Below are positions 13,101 to 26,529 of a DNA stretch of 64,000 nucleotides, in pieces. The notes beneath the pieces are model-generated. The model ran no database searches. It saw only the letters and a program-made list of their open reading frames with translations, and was not told the DNA's origin. The stretch is from the NCBI RefSeq assembly GCF_032444005.1, contig NC_091289.1:26536001-26600000 (forward strand), in the 5' to 3' direction. The DNA comes from Ranitomeya imitator. Its lineage: Eukaryota. Each line of letters begins with the position of its first letter. The first letter of the stretch is position 1. The translations under genes were made by a program, and so were the position numbers.

Positions 13101-14226
13101 TATGTTAGTGGTGGCTTCAAAGCAAAAGAGGTCTCAAGAAAGGACCGGTCACTTACTTTAAATTCTACGCGGCTTTCGAAAAGAAGTTAACTGAACAGAT
13201 GCAAAGCAAGTCGTGTTGACATGTCTATGCATAAGTCCATTGTTTTTAACATTTATTAAGCACTTTTCCAGGGGGGATTGCAGGCGGAATTTGCCTTAAA
13301 AGAAACAAAAAACCTGCTGTGTGCACATACCCCTTGAATGACTGGTCATTTTGAAACCGCGGGATGTATGCAACAATGATAGCGATCTACAAGCCGACAG
13401 AGACTGATGCGAGTGGTTCCAATTTGTACAATGCTTCAGAAAATACTGCGTTTATACGGTATACATAATGGGAGGAAAAAAAATTAAATTACCTTGACCT
13501 ACAAGCCTTAGCCAAGCTACTGACTTATTGCATTTCTTCGGGAAATTGTATTTTGGAAAACCAGAAGCTTTCACAAAAAAAAGAAAAAAGGCTTAATGTC
13601 GTCAACATGGCGCCTTGGACTCATTTTTATAACCTTCTAATGAAAGCGAGTTTATTAGTATTAATAAATAGGTACTAAAATTTTGACATGCCATCATTAA
13701 TGTGTAATGTATATTTAAATCCAGCGCTAACAATATTTTCACGAGCAGAAAATAAGACTCTAAATATTAGTCTTTGGAGGAGGATGATTGCCGGGAGAAG
13801 AGAAAGTGGCTGCCGTTAAGATCTAGATCATAAAAGCGCCAGCCTTGTAAACTGTTCTAGAAATTTACCAGGGTGTCCACATTTGCAAAAGGTTCATGTT
13901 TGTCCTGAGGTGAGGGTGCATGTAGCTAGAGCTCCACTTTGTTCATGGGAAAATCCCTCTGTGTATAAAGCAAATTTTTATTTAATAGATCTTGGAATAA
14001 TAATTTCCACAATCGAATGTGTTAAAAAAAAAAAATGTTCCTGTGCCGAGATAATCTTATAAATGTGCCCCTGCTATATACCGTGTATTGGCCAATTTAA
14101 GGTGTTGCTTTATGAAGGCAACCAAAGTCCATAAGTCCTGTTAGAGCATATAAATAAAAAAATAAAGGTGGTTTCTGCTCTGAGCCCAAACAAGATGTCC
14201 CTGTTCTTGCACACGCAATTCATATA

Positions 14227-15837
14227 CAGTGGGGCAAAAAAGTATTTAGTCAGTCAGCAATAGTGCAAGTTCCACCACTTAAAAAGATGAGAGGCGTCTG
14301 TACTTTACATCATAGGTAGACCTCAACTATGGGAGACAAACTGAGAAATAAAAATCCAGAAAATCACATTGTCTGTTTTTTTAACATGTTATTTGCATAT
14401 TATGGTGGAAAATAAGTATTTGGTCAGAAACAAACAATCAAGATTTCTGGCTCTCACAGACCTGTAACTTCTTCTTTAAGAGTCTCCTCTTTCCTCCACT
14501 CATTACCTGTAGTAATGGCACCTGTTTAAACTTGTTATCAGTATAAAAAGACACCTGTGCACACCCTCAAACAGTCTGACTCCAAACTCCACTATGGTGA
14601 AGACCAAAGAGTTGTCAAAGGACACCAGAAACAAAATTGTAGCCCTGCACCAGGCTGGGAAGACTGAATCTGCAATAGCCAACCAGCTTGGAGTGAAGAA
14701 ATCAACAGTGGGAGCAATAATTAGAAAATGGAAGACATACAAGACCACTGATAATCTCCCTCGATCTGGGGCTCCACGCAAAATCCCACCCCGTGGGGTC
14801 AGAATGATCACAAGAACGGTGAGCAAAAATCCCAGAACCACGCGGGGGGACCTAGTGAATGAACTGCAGAGAGCTGGGACCAATGTAACAAGGCCTACCA
14901 TAAGTAACACACTACGCCACCATGGACTCAGATCCTGCAGTGCCAGACGTGTCCCACTGCTTAAGCCAGTACATGTCCGGGCCCGTCTGAAGTTTGCTAG
15001 AGAGCATTTGGATGATCCAGAGGAGTTTTGGGAGAATGTCCTATGGTCTGATGAAACCAAACTGGAACTGTTTGGTAGAAACACAACTTGTCGTGTTTGG
15101 AGGAAAAAGAATACTGAGTTGCATCCATCAAACACCATACCTACTGTAAAGCATGGTGGTGGAAACATCATGCTTTGGGGCTGTTTCTCTGCAAAGGGGC
15201 CAGGACGACTGATCCGGGTACATGAAAGAATGAATGGGGCCTTGTATCGTGAGATTTTGAGTGCAAACCTCCTTCCATCAGCAAGGGCATTGAAGATGAA
15301 ACGTGGCTGGGTCTTTCAACATGACAATGATCCAAAGCACACCGCCAGGGCAACGAAGGAGTGGCTTCGTAAGAAGCATTTCAAGGTCCTGGAGTGGCCT
15401 AGCCAGTCTCCAGATCTCAACCCTATAGAAAACCTTTGGAGGGAGTTGAAAGTCCGTGTTGCCAAGCGAAAAGCCAAAAACATCACTGCTCTAGAGGAGA
15501 TCTGCATGGAGGAATGGGCCAACATACCAACAACAGTGTGTGGCAACCTTGTGAAGACTTACAGAAAACGTTTGACCTCTGTCATTGCCAACAAAGGATA
15601 TATTACAAAGTATTGAGATGAAATTTTGTTTCTGACCAAATACTGTACTTATTTTCCACCATAATATGCAAATAAAATGTTAAAAAAACAGACAATGTGA
15701 TTTTCTGGATTTTTTTTTCTCAGTTGGTCTTCCATAGTTGAGGTCTACCTATGATGTAAATTACAGACGCCTCTCATCTTTTTAAGTGGTGGAACTTGCA
15801 CTATTGCTGACTGACTAAATACTTTTTTGCCCCAATG
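14227..15837 (+). mobile_element. Full-length Tc1 (DD34E) transposon, copy B, inverted relative to copy A
   Basis: Same TIRs and TA flanks. The right terminus reads CCCCAATG|TA, one substitution from CCCCACTG. Confidence 0.97.
14594..15616 (+). CDS. Intact Tc1 transposase, 340 aa
   Basis: Same motifs as copy A; about 7 amino-acid differences by eye. Confidence 0.96.
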   Translation: MVKTKELSKDTRNKIVALHQAGKTESAIANQLGVKKSTVGAIIRKWKTYKTTDNLPRSGAPRKIPPRGVRMITRTVSKNPRTTRGDLVNELQRAGTNVTRPTISNTLRHHGLRSCSARRVPLLKPVHVRARLKFAREHLDDPEEFWENVLWSDETKLELFGRNTTCRVWRKKNTELHPSNTIPTVKHGGGNIMLWGCFSAKGPGRLIRVHERMNGALYREILSANLLPSARALKMKRGWVFQHDNDPKHTARATKEWLRKKHFKVLEWPSQSPDLNPIENLWRELKVRVAKRKAKNITALEEICMEEWANIPTTVCGNLVKTYRKRLTSVIANKGYITKY

Positions 15838-16229
15838 TACATGGACAGCTCATCATGCCACCATGCGGAAATACTTTTCCCTTGCAGAGGGCAGTCTGGC
15901 TGGTCGTAGCTTCCCACCCTCCCCTGCAAAATCTTCTGCTTGGCAAGATTCCAGGAGTGAGCGGGCAAATGTTGGTCTTCTATGTTAAATAGTGACTGGA
16001 TAGGTAAAAGGGCCATTTGGCCGTTTTTTCTGCTTATCCAAGACACGACTTTTTCATTAATGACCATTTCAGGTGGTATTTTTGGTCCTAGAACAATAAG
16101 ACTATCTATCTGTAACCTACACCAGTCCTATTGATTATTAGACAACTATTTTGTTATCAAAGGCTAAACATTTGTTAACGATTTTAGCATAACTATGTGT
16201 TGCATCTCGAGGCAAAGGCCAAGGTAGTA

Positions 16230-16541
16230 TAGTGATGAGCGAATATACTCGTTACGCAAGATTTCCCGAGCATGCTCGAGGGTCCTCAGAGTATTTTTTA
16301 GTGCTCGGAGATTTAGTTTTTCTTGCCGCAGCTGAATGATTTACATCTGTCAGCCAGCACAAGTACACGTGGGGATTACCTAGCAGCCAGGCAACCCCCA
16401 CATGTACTTATGCTGGATAACAGATGTAAATCATTCAGCTGTGGAAATAAAAACTAAATCTCCGAGCACTAAAAAAATCCTCGGAGGACCCCCGAGCGTG
16501 CTCGGGAAATCTCGAGTAACGAGTATATTCGCTCATCACTA
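16230..16541. mobile_element. Palindromic MITE
   Basis: TAGTGATGAGCGAATATACTCG...CGAGTATATTCGCTCATCACTA; almost the whole element is self-complementary. Confidence 0.85.
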
Positions 16542-16864
16542 ATGACGTAGCCAGTGACTAGTGTGGATTTTTAATTATTGCTTTTAAAATGTAAATTATT
16601 TAAAGAAGCCACTATTAAAAAATGTCCTATTGTTTAAAGCAGATTTTGTGTGACAAGTATTTTTTTCTTAAGTTGGGTCGGTGTTTTATCATATCAATCT
16701 TCATTACAGAAAAAAACAAAATTAGAAATCTTGCAATTTTTTACACTGACAACTGTTTTTTTTTTTAAACTCATCCAAAAAGAGAAAGGTCAGCATTCAG
16801 TCCTTCATGAGAAACTGAGTTTATTGTAACTTTATTCCATACCTTCTAAAACCACTGAATACAG

Positions 16865-16918
16865 GTCATCAAACCCCGACGCGTTTCAGAAGTAAACTTC
16901 CTTATTAATAGTTATGAC
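16865..16918 (-). ncRNA. Decayed hammerhead ribozyme relic (different Penelope-type family)
   Basis: Minus strand reads UUAAUAA-GGAAG-UUUA-CUUCU-GAAACGCGUC. Stem II and stem III are intact; the core differs from CUGAUGA by three transitions. Confidence 0.5.
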
Positions 16919-19302
16919 TGAGGTAGTATACTTCCAGAACGCATCAGATTTTCACTATAAACACAGAATTTCTCAAGAAGGACGGAGTGCTGGATTTTCC
17001 CCGCCTGGATTATATTGACAAGTTCTACTCAAGGTGGATGAATCCAATATAGCTGACATGAGCTTTTAGTTTTCTTGTTTGTTTTTTTTAAACTCCTTTC
17101 CTGTTCTTACAGGAAGAGTTTTCAACAGGCTCCTTATCATCAGAGGCAAGATAACAAGATAAGTAAAACCTCTACACACAACTGATAACACAGGATCCAC
17201 CAATCTCAATAGGCGATGTCACAGCTGACCCTGCTCCTCCTTCCCTTCACCATGACCTTTGCCCACAATCAGATACTTCAATGCAAAAGATTGGTTCTGG
17301 ATCTGACTATTGTAGCCACGTATCCACCATCATATTGATGGCTGGCCCTTACACGATAAGCACCTTTTTTTAATCTTTTTTTAACCTTCGGCATCACCCC
17401 CATTTCCTCCCAGATTGTAAGATCGACCTTCACTCCGATTTGTATGTGTTGAATTGTGTTACTCTGTAATGTCTTATTTGTAAATGACCTCTGTGAATTG
17501 TATAGTGCTGAAGAATATGTTGGCGCCATAAAAATAAAAATGACTATGTACATGTATTGTTTCCTGAAAAATAAAAATGACTATGTACATGTATTGTTTC
17601 CTGAAACAATTAGGAACTTAAAAGTTTAAAAAAAACTCCAGTGTACAATGAAAATTGCAAGATTTCTATTTGTTTTATCGTTATGCAGACTGATACGGTA
17701 AACATATTTCTCAAACATTTTTAGGCAATTTTTTTTTAACGCAAAAAGTTGGTTTAATCGGTTAGTTTCGGCGATGCTTTCCCTTTAAGACCATTTTAGT
17801 GAATATCAAGGAGATAGTCATCGTAGAGACAGCTGATGAAAGGATCATATAACCCAGTGTTCCCCAACGCCAGTCCTCAAGAGTCACCAACATTTCATGT
17901 TTTCAGGGTTTCCTCGGTACTGATGATGGAATTAATCACCTGGACTGGAGTTGGGGAACACTGATGTCACCCATAAAGAGAAAGACCCCCGAACAGATAG
18001 GCTCCCAATCTCTCTTCTCAGTGGACCAGTAAAGGAACCAAAATGTTTAGCAGATGGGTGACCTTCTCTACTACCAGAGATGGAAAAATTGATGCCAACA
18101 AGAGCTGGATGGGATGGCGGTATGAACCAGGACAAGGGAAGCCCCATTGTTGTTTTTTTGCCATTGCCCCCTCCTCTGTCATCCTGATAGCAGTATGAAA
18201 AGTGTGTACGGTATGATGAACTCAGCAGGATGAGCCTGAAGAAGGCCAAAAGGTGAAACGATGGGGTGATAGTGCTTGAAATGAACAAGCATTAAGCAGA
18301 TGAAAGAGTATTAAGACCTTTATTATTGAACCTCAATGTTACAATACAGTTCACCGCATATAGAAATTTCTTACAAGTTCATTAATCAGTAGTGATAAAA
18401 TTCTATGGATCAGTTTCATTACTACACATTTAGAACAATTTATACATTTTTTACACTTTTATTTCACTTTTTTTTTTTTGCTTTGCCCCAGGTCAAGTTG
18501 TTTTTAGTCACAGATGTATTATGTTACATCTTTGGTCAATTGGGTGTACAGGACGACCATTATGTAGTACTGGCAAAATATACAAATATGAGCAGAACGT
18601 CTGCATTATATCATGTAGAAGGCTTGATGACCATATCGGTGGATGGCCCGCCAGCTTGTAGGTTCTCTAAGGCCAGACAGGGTTGAGCGACACCATATGT
18701 GCTAATGTTTGGACCCCTATCTTTATAGGCTTCCATGGAGAAAATACTGCAGTGCTCAATTTATAACTAGCACAGATGCCAAACTAAATAGCCATGGTAA
18801 GGATACAGGTACATTACACAGGTTTCAAATACAAGTTAAAAAAGTTATATAAAATTAGAAAAATTGGGCTATTTTAAAAACTAGTTTACAAACAGCGCCC
18901 CTCTTACCCACAGGCTAAATTTGGTATTGCAGCACAACTGCATTCACATAACTGCATCTAAGCTGCAATACCAGACAGCTTATGAGCAAGAAAGGCGCTA
19001 AAAAAACCTCTTACATTTTATACACCGTATTTTTTTTTTTTTAACATTCCAAACAATCGCTGTAAAAAGAAAATTATTCAATAAACATATTTGCAAAAAT
19101 AAAAAACACATTTTACACAAATCTCTTTATACTCCCAAATTAATTTTTTTCTTCCTGTTTTTATTAAACTCATTGTACTAATCAGGAAAGGGAATATTTG
19201 TCTCCAAAAGTGAATGTCCAAGATTAGGGAAAAGAAAAAAAAAAGAAAAGGAAAAAAAAAAACACTTATCCCTGGACTTCAATACAATTTAGAGTTCAGA
19301 AT

Positions 19303-19609
19303 TAGTGATGAGTGAGTATACTCGTTGCTCGGGTTTTCCTGAGCACGCTCGGGTGGTCTCAGAGTATTTGTAACTGCTCGGAGATTTAGTTTTCATCGCC
19401 TCAGCAGCATGATTTGCGGCTACTAGACAGCTTGAACACGTGGGGATTCCCTAGTAACCAGGCAACCCCCACATGTACTCAGCCTGGCTAGTAGCTGTAA
19501 ATCATTCAGCTGCAGCGATGAAAACAAGCTCCGAGCAGTCACAAATACTCGGAGACCACCCGAGCGTGCTCAGGAAAACCCGAGCAACGAGTATACTCGC
19601 TCATCACTA
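19303..19609. mobile_element. Palindromic MITE, same family as 16230-16541
   Basis: TAGTGATGAGTGAGTATACTCG...CGAGTATACTCGCTCATCACTA termini and a shared central GTGGGGATT..GGCAACCCCCAC. Confidence 0.85.
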
Positions 19610-20696
19610 CTCAGCATTATTAGCATGAATCAGAATGAACTGCAATACCAAACAACCCATGGTCAAGAGGGGAGCTATTTTTTAAGGGCGTGGGAAGGGT
19701 GGACTCTGAGAACAGTTTACAATTCCTATCATCCAAGAAAAAATTGGAATTTGTTATATCTGTCATTTGTGGATTGAAAAAAAATTGGAATGGTTTTAGA
19801 TCAATAGAAATACTACTGGATCAATAGCATAGAAAAACCACAAGATCTTTCCAGTGGCAAATCCAATAAAATTAAAATGTTAATCAATATTAATAGCAAT
19901 AAAATGCGACATCCAATACATGACTCAACATCCCCATTGAGTCTTTGGGACCGAAAGGCACACATTTTCACTTTGCTTTAAGACTTGGATTATAAAATTA
20001 GTACTAACTTCTATTTGTAAAAATGGCTTTAAAAACTGCTAGCTCCGTGGAAGAAAAGGATATGTCAAAGGAACCCTCCAGCCAAACTCCATTTTATGCC
20101 TTGGGTAGATCATAAAAGGCGAGGCATGACAAAAAGATACTTTACGCTCTGATGCTTTGACACCACCCATCAACCCTGCACTGGTGACTTAAAAAATCCT
20201 GCTTTTGCAAAAATACAACCTCCAGTACGGCATGCTGGAGGTTGAAATTGTGCAACAGCTGGATAATCACAAGTTGGAAACCACTCTCCTGTAGTAAAAG
20301 GTGAGCCATGTAGAAAATATGCAAAATTTTAAATTTTTCCATCGCAGCAATTTTATATTTCCCCAAATTATCTTCACTCTGCTGACCGATCAGATCATGG
20401 ATGCATTTTTCTTCCAATGACTTGTGTGACCCAAAAGGTCCAGCTGTACAGCAGCACTGACGGTACAGAGTCCACCAGAGCAGGAAGCGCTCTTTTATAG
20501 CCAACAGATAGGATGGAAAGCAAGAGATGTCCTCTATTGAGAAATTTAGACTAGACTTGTCCAATTGGGACAACAATGTTTAACGGGGTAAGCCAGCTAT
20601 GCCAATTTCTACATTGGGAAGTGAGAAATGCTGTGACTTCAAGCCTACAGACATCTGCCTCGCAGGAATCTTGCATCTGTCCTAATCTAGTAAATA

Positions 20697-21669
20697 CAGG
20701 CTGATTCACTCTCTACTTTACTCTGAAAATTTGCTGAACTTCTAAAAAAGACGGTTGACCGAAATTTGGACTGTACATACTTTGGTTCACGAGAAGGGAG
20801 AGTGCAATGAACCTCAGCGACAGTGACGAGAAACGTCCTTGCACCGAGCGGTCTCACCGACTTGTCGCCCTGTCGGTTGTCTCCATTACGAGATAGACTT
20901 GCTGCGTGTCGGTAGTTATTTGTGTTGCTTGCATTTCACTTCTGTCGAATTCCGTCTTCATTTGTTAACAATGTACAGATACAGTTTGGAGGAGCGTGTT
21001 TTCCATTGTGAGACAGGCATGTCGTATTCCATATGTCAACGAGCGGCCAAGAAAGGTCATGTTTGCCCATACAGAGTCACTGTTGTTCAGGAATTGAAAG
21101 GGCCCGATGAAGAGAAAATAATTTGTTATTGTCAGTGGTTCCAGACCTTCACTGCTGGAAAAGAAAACATATTGGACTCTACGTGATACACGGACAAAGC
21201 CTGGTTTCACCTATGTGGCTACGTCAATTCACAAAACGCCTATTTTTGGGCAGATGACAACCTGCACGCATATCACGAGATCCCGGTTCATCCAGAAAAA
21301 TGAGAAGTAATCTCCAAGGGACTGTGGCCACCAAGATTGCCTGATTTAACACCGCCAGATTTTTTTTGCCTTTGAGGCCATTTGAAAGGTCGGGTGTACA
21401 GTAACAAGCCACGAACATCACAAGAACTCCGAGAGAACATACAGCGAGAACTTCAGACTATGACCCAAGATGTCCTGCGGAATACATTCAACAATATGGA
21501 ACGCGCCGTGCAGGCGTGCTTGGATGCGAACGGTGGACATTTTTAACACCTGTTATAAAACATTGGCTTCTCATGAACCAATGTATGTGCAGTCCAAATT
21601 TCGGTACGACTGTCTCTTTTAGAAGTTAAAGACATTTTTTCAGGGTAAAGGAGTGAGGGAATCACCCTG
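20697..21669 (+). mobile_element. Internally deleted mariner-type element (rosa/DD41D- or maT-like)
   Basis: TA|CAGG(C/G)TGATT termini with ~100-bp imperfect TIRs. Relic peptides TDKAWFHLCGYVNSQNAYFW and LWPPRLPDLTPPDFF..GHLKGRVYSNKPRT..ACLDANGGHF. Confidence 0.75.
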
Positions 21670-21756
21670 TAGAACAGGTACACGATCTGGAAGATCTCTT
21701 AAGAAGTGACGTCACTGGCCTTGGTTGCCTCCCGATGCAGAACTGAGCAGAACTGA

Positions 21757-22094
21757 GGCTGGGCTCACATTACGTTGTGGTGTCCGTTAGACGGACTACG
21801 TTACACCGCGGCATAAACGCGGTGTAACAGTCTGTCTAATGCCGCCATTATCCCCTAAGTCGGACGCATCGCTAGCGCACGCCCATAGTGGGCGTGCGCT
21901 AGCGATGTGCCGTCATTGAGTGACGGACCCTGAGACGCGGGCTGCAGCGTTTCCGGGTCAGTCACCGCCAGCGCAGTTAGAGCTAGCAGATGCTCTATCT
22001 GCGCTAGCGCTCTGCATATACCGCCACTTGCGTTGACAGCAGCCCATTAGCATATGTTGAACGGGCTGCTGTTTAACGCAGTGTGAACCCGGCC
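21757..22094. mobile_element. MITE with several internal hairpins (Harbinger-like)
   Basis: Termini GGCTGGGCTCACAT / GTGTGAACCCGGCC with TGA/TAA flanks; internal palindromes such as CGCTAGCGCACGCCCATAGTGGGCGTGCGCTAGCG. Confidence 0.6.
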
Positions 22095-24499
22095 TAACCC
22101 CTATAATGAATATACAATCAAATAATTTTACAACCCATTACTTTAAAAAACAAAAAATGGTTATGTTCTAAAATGTCAAAAGGAGGAACACTCACCTTAC
22201 CAATCTGCTGCTTCTCTGATGCTACCTGTTCCCCTTGATGGTCTCAGTTGACCCCAATCTTATGATGACATACCAATACGACATGCACCCATTGCAGCCA
22301 ATCATCGGCCACAGAAGTGAACTCTGGAGCCTGCTAAATGGACAATAGCACGCAACTAGATACGTTGTGGCAGGAGAGTGGTAGTGGGTTGGCAGGATGA
22401 GCAAAAGTTTTGATATTTTAGACCATCGAAAGGTTTGTAAAAAACACACTGGGGTGGAAAACGGTCTTTAAATAATTAAACAGAGATGCATCGTAAGAAA
22501 CCAAAAAAATATCAGCAACTTGTCGACAGTTTCCAAATCGCAAGTGCACAGGAGAAAAACATGCTGAAAAGTAAATCAAAACCGTAAAAAAAGAGAAAAA
22601 ACTATTCTGGAGATGCAAGAGTGGAGATCTACCAAACAAAGGAATACGGCAACTCAACCTAAAGTTGACCGATTTTATCATCACGTCAGAGATTGCCAGT
22701 AGGTAAGAAGTTAAAAAGTAAACGTTAGCACTGATCTACATTCACACCAGTGGGATAAAGTTAATTATAAAGCCATAGGAAATTACTGCACAAAGCCAAT
22801 GATTAATGGCCATATTTACTACCCACGACCATTAAAGTGCCTCGCTGCACAGCCTCGCGTAATGTTTGGCCTGGAAATGCATTAATGAGCCACTTTGCTG
22901 ATAAAAAGGAGCCGGTAAAATATGCTGTGGTCAAAATACTTATATATAATGGACACATTAGGTCAGTTTTAGCAAGCTGTAACTAAAACTACTAGACCCC
23001 AAGTCCAGAGGCAGGTGGTTATTAAAAAAATGAACTTGGGGTCATGAGTCTTTGCTCCACACAAAGTTTTTGATCATTTCATATGGAGCGCTTTACTTCG
23101 TTATGTACCGTAATTTGACGCAATATTTTGGTTGGCAAGTCCAAGTGTACAGTTTTATAAAATGCTTTGTAAAAATTAATAAAAAGGTCCTGTAGACTAT
23201 TAGGATTAAGAAAAATGATTAAAACTGTTGTCAAAGCTAAGATCTTACGCCTGAAGTCACTATGACTGTAGACTTGTGAATCCTAATAGTGCGCACAGTG
23301 TATGCTGTGAGGATTCTCCGATGCCGAGAGTGTGACCACAAGTATAAGATTTGCATACTCCCGGACACATTCCAACTAGACGTGCATGGCCTTGCTCAAT
23401 ACAAGTGAATCCGGATTCGTCTAGTCGGATTGTGGCCTGAAGTATGCACATCACATACTTGACTGCCAGCGCCGGGCACCGACACTGGAGAATCTTGACA
23501 GCCCGCACTTTGCGCACTGTCAGAATTCACCAGTCTGTAGTCACATACAGTGACTTGAGCGCCAAGCCTGGATGATCCCTTTAACAGATTATAGCAGGAT
23601 TGCTCCCCTTGTGGACAGATTGGGAATAATGCTTTTTTTTAATTTTTTTTAGTAACGCACAATTGTACATTTGTTTTTTTCTTACAATCTGTTAAACAAA
23701 ACCTCTACATTTTTAATATTGTGTGGTCACTTGCCAAATTCTGCATACTTTACTTTTTGTAGGGAATGGGATGAAATCTAATTTCAGAAAATAATCCCGG
23801 CAGTCAAGCTGTGCTGTTCATTGAGTTTAGTCATTAAAACATAAAAAAAGTTTAAATCCTTCATTTATATTCATATTTTTCATTGCTAAAGAATTAGGAG
23901 ATAAGCAGCTTGCTAGACACTATTGGGAAAGTGCTACAAAGAATACCTCCATGGATTTCAATTGGAAGTCTGCAATTCTTCATTTCTCCTGTGGTGGCGC
24001 TGTGGGGAAATTAAACACTTGCTGCTATGCTTTCTTACTTCTGATTTCAAAGGACTGAGACCAGTTTATCTTTAGGGAACTGATCTAGCAAGAAGGAGGT
24101 TGATCAAAGCCCTTGAAGTCCAAGGTAAACTATTATATGAGAACATCGTTTCAAAGGCTAAATATTCCAAGGTCATCCAGAACTTCAAAACGGGAGTTTT
24201 CTGTTGACACATCTTTAAGAAAAATTTACCTTTAAGGTTTTGGTGGTACTTCTCAAAGTGTTTTCAAGTACGATACTTTTCAGAATAAGCTGCCATGTAT
24301 TTGTACACGAGGAATAACACTATCTGGTCATTATGAGACTTAGTACTTGAAGAGGTGAAAACTAGTGAAAATGCAGGATAAATCTCAAAATTTGCAATCG
24401 ACTCCGAGCTGGTAGACCAAAACTAGTTTCTATGAGGTTTGCCATATACAAAACTGGTCACAGAGAGAGATTCCCGATATTCATTCCTTTTTCAGAATT

Positions 24500-25230
24500 C
24501 AGAGAGAAGAAGCAGAGTTATAGAGAAATGTATACATCGGTACTGAGCTGTGTAAATGTGAATCCAGCTCTGAAGTTAGGCAAAAGACTTTGCAATTCTC
24601 CCTCTGTGTCTCACTCCTACTTCCTTCTCCACAGAAATATAATAAAAGTGTAACCGGACACCTCCCTCTAAGACTCTTTGACCTCAAAGAGAAGCAGGGT
24701 TATAGAGAAAAGTATACAGCAGTACTGAGCTGTGTAGATGTGATTCCAGCTTTGAAGTTAGGCAAAATACTTTGCGAGTCTCCCTTGGTGTTCTCATTCC
24801 TTCTTTCCTCTCCACAGAATAAAAGTGTAACCTGACACCTCCCGCTAAGACTCCTTGACCTCAAAGAGAAGCAGCAGGGTTATAGAGAAAAGTATACATC
24901 AGTACTGAGCTGTGTAGATGTGATTCCAGCTCTGAAGTTAGGCAAAATACTTTGCTAGTCTCCCTCTGTGTCTCATTCCTTCTTTCCTCTCCACAGAATA
25001 AAAGTGTAACCTGACACCTCCCTCTAATACTCCTTGACCTCAAAGAGAAGCAGCAGGGTTATAGAGAAAAGTATACAGCAGTACTGAGCTGTGTAGATGT
25101 GATTCCAGCTTTGAGGTTAGGCAAAATACTTTGCGAGTCTCCCTTGGTGTTCTCATTCCTTCTTTCCTCTCCACAGAATAAAAGTGTAACCTGACACCTC
25201 CCTCTAAAGACTCCTTGACCTGACAAGAGG
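24500..25230. repeat. Tandem repeat, ~177-181 bp x about 4
   Basis: The anchor ACCTCAAAGA occurs at 24681, 24858 and 25037, with a degenerate copy at 25218. Confidence 0.9.
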
Positions 25231-26529
25231 AAGCCGAGCTGAGTTTTTTTCAGAATGGATAGTTGGGTTCCAGAGGCAGGGAGAAAGGGAAATATTGTCT
25301 CATAAGTGGGAAATGAAGCAGATTTCTCTACTAAGATAGATCTTACATTCACTTGTACTATTGATTTATTCAAAGTTTGTTAAAAGTTCACTTCCCATTT
25401 AAAAGGTTGATATTCACCTCTAAATAAATTAAACGTTAATTAAAACAAACCAGTTTCTGATAAATTAGTCACACTTTTAATCTAAAAAAACAAAACAAAA
25501 ACCAACCATTATTTTTGCCATTAAGTCAAAATAATGCAGACGATTTTATAAACTGCTTTATCTTATCGTCAGAAAAGTTCAGAAAAGCACTGAGCTGCCC
25601 CCTGCAGGTCACAAGGGAGATTGATCCAATTGAATATACAAAATAAAACATTAAAACTGTTGTCCTTAAATGGACTAATAGTCTCCAATCTGTCTCCTTT
25701 CGGCTGTTTCAAAACTTCAACCCCTAATGTGCTGGAGAGTCACAAATTAGAGACTATTGTTTTCAACAATATTAACATTTCGTATCCAAAAATTTCCAAA
25801 ACCGCTGAAATAATTTGCAAATGACCAGGTGGTAGATATAGAAGACACATCTGTCCTGCTTAGATAACTTTGCAAAATTTATGGACTTTTTACCATGTAT
25901 AGAAAAAAAATATCCATAAAACAATATACATCAGTGTCATAAATATTCCACTTTTTAAAGTCGCACTTTTTAACTCACTTTGGGACTAATCCTCGGAATG
26001 TTTTTTTATATTAATTGTAAAAATTCCATTCCACCTTCTCTCCACCATCACATAATTTGGGAGAGAGGAGGAGCAATGGCGTCTTTCATATACTCGGTAT
26101 ACCATTTTGTGGATAAACAGCATATGCAAGTCATGTATCTTATTTCTTCCAGACGCTTCTATTAATGAGGACAACGTACTCAAATCAGTCCTACAAAAAT
26201 ATATCAAGTCCTGCTGAATCTTGGTTCAGAATATACAACCAACACCAATTATTTCACTAATTCATCTTTTTTTGTTGGCAATGTGTATCTGGTAATATAG
26301 AAATCAATTGATTTGCATCACCTTTCCAGAACTTTGACCCAGTAGTGTCCACAGTGATACTGTAAGGGATGTCCCAAACATAAGGTATTAATAAGAAACC
26401 CCATGGAGAAGTGGTAGAAAGACCTCACCTAATTTTCTATAACTGATATTCATTTAAGAGTATTTAATGAAACCCAGCACTTCCCTTGAGAAAATAATTA
26501 GCATTCACAAATCTTAGTGACTTTTTCAT

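Noticed and set aside
17932-18288. Minus-strand ORF with a plausible acceptor, as an extra PTPRG exon
   Set aside because: The open frame needs a phase-0 entry but the upstream exon ends in phase 1 (which gives an immediate stop), and there is no resemblance to PTPRG.
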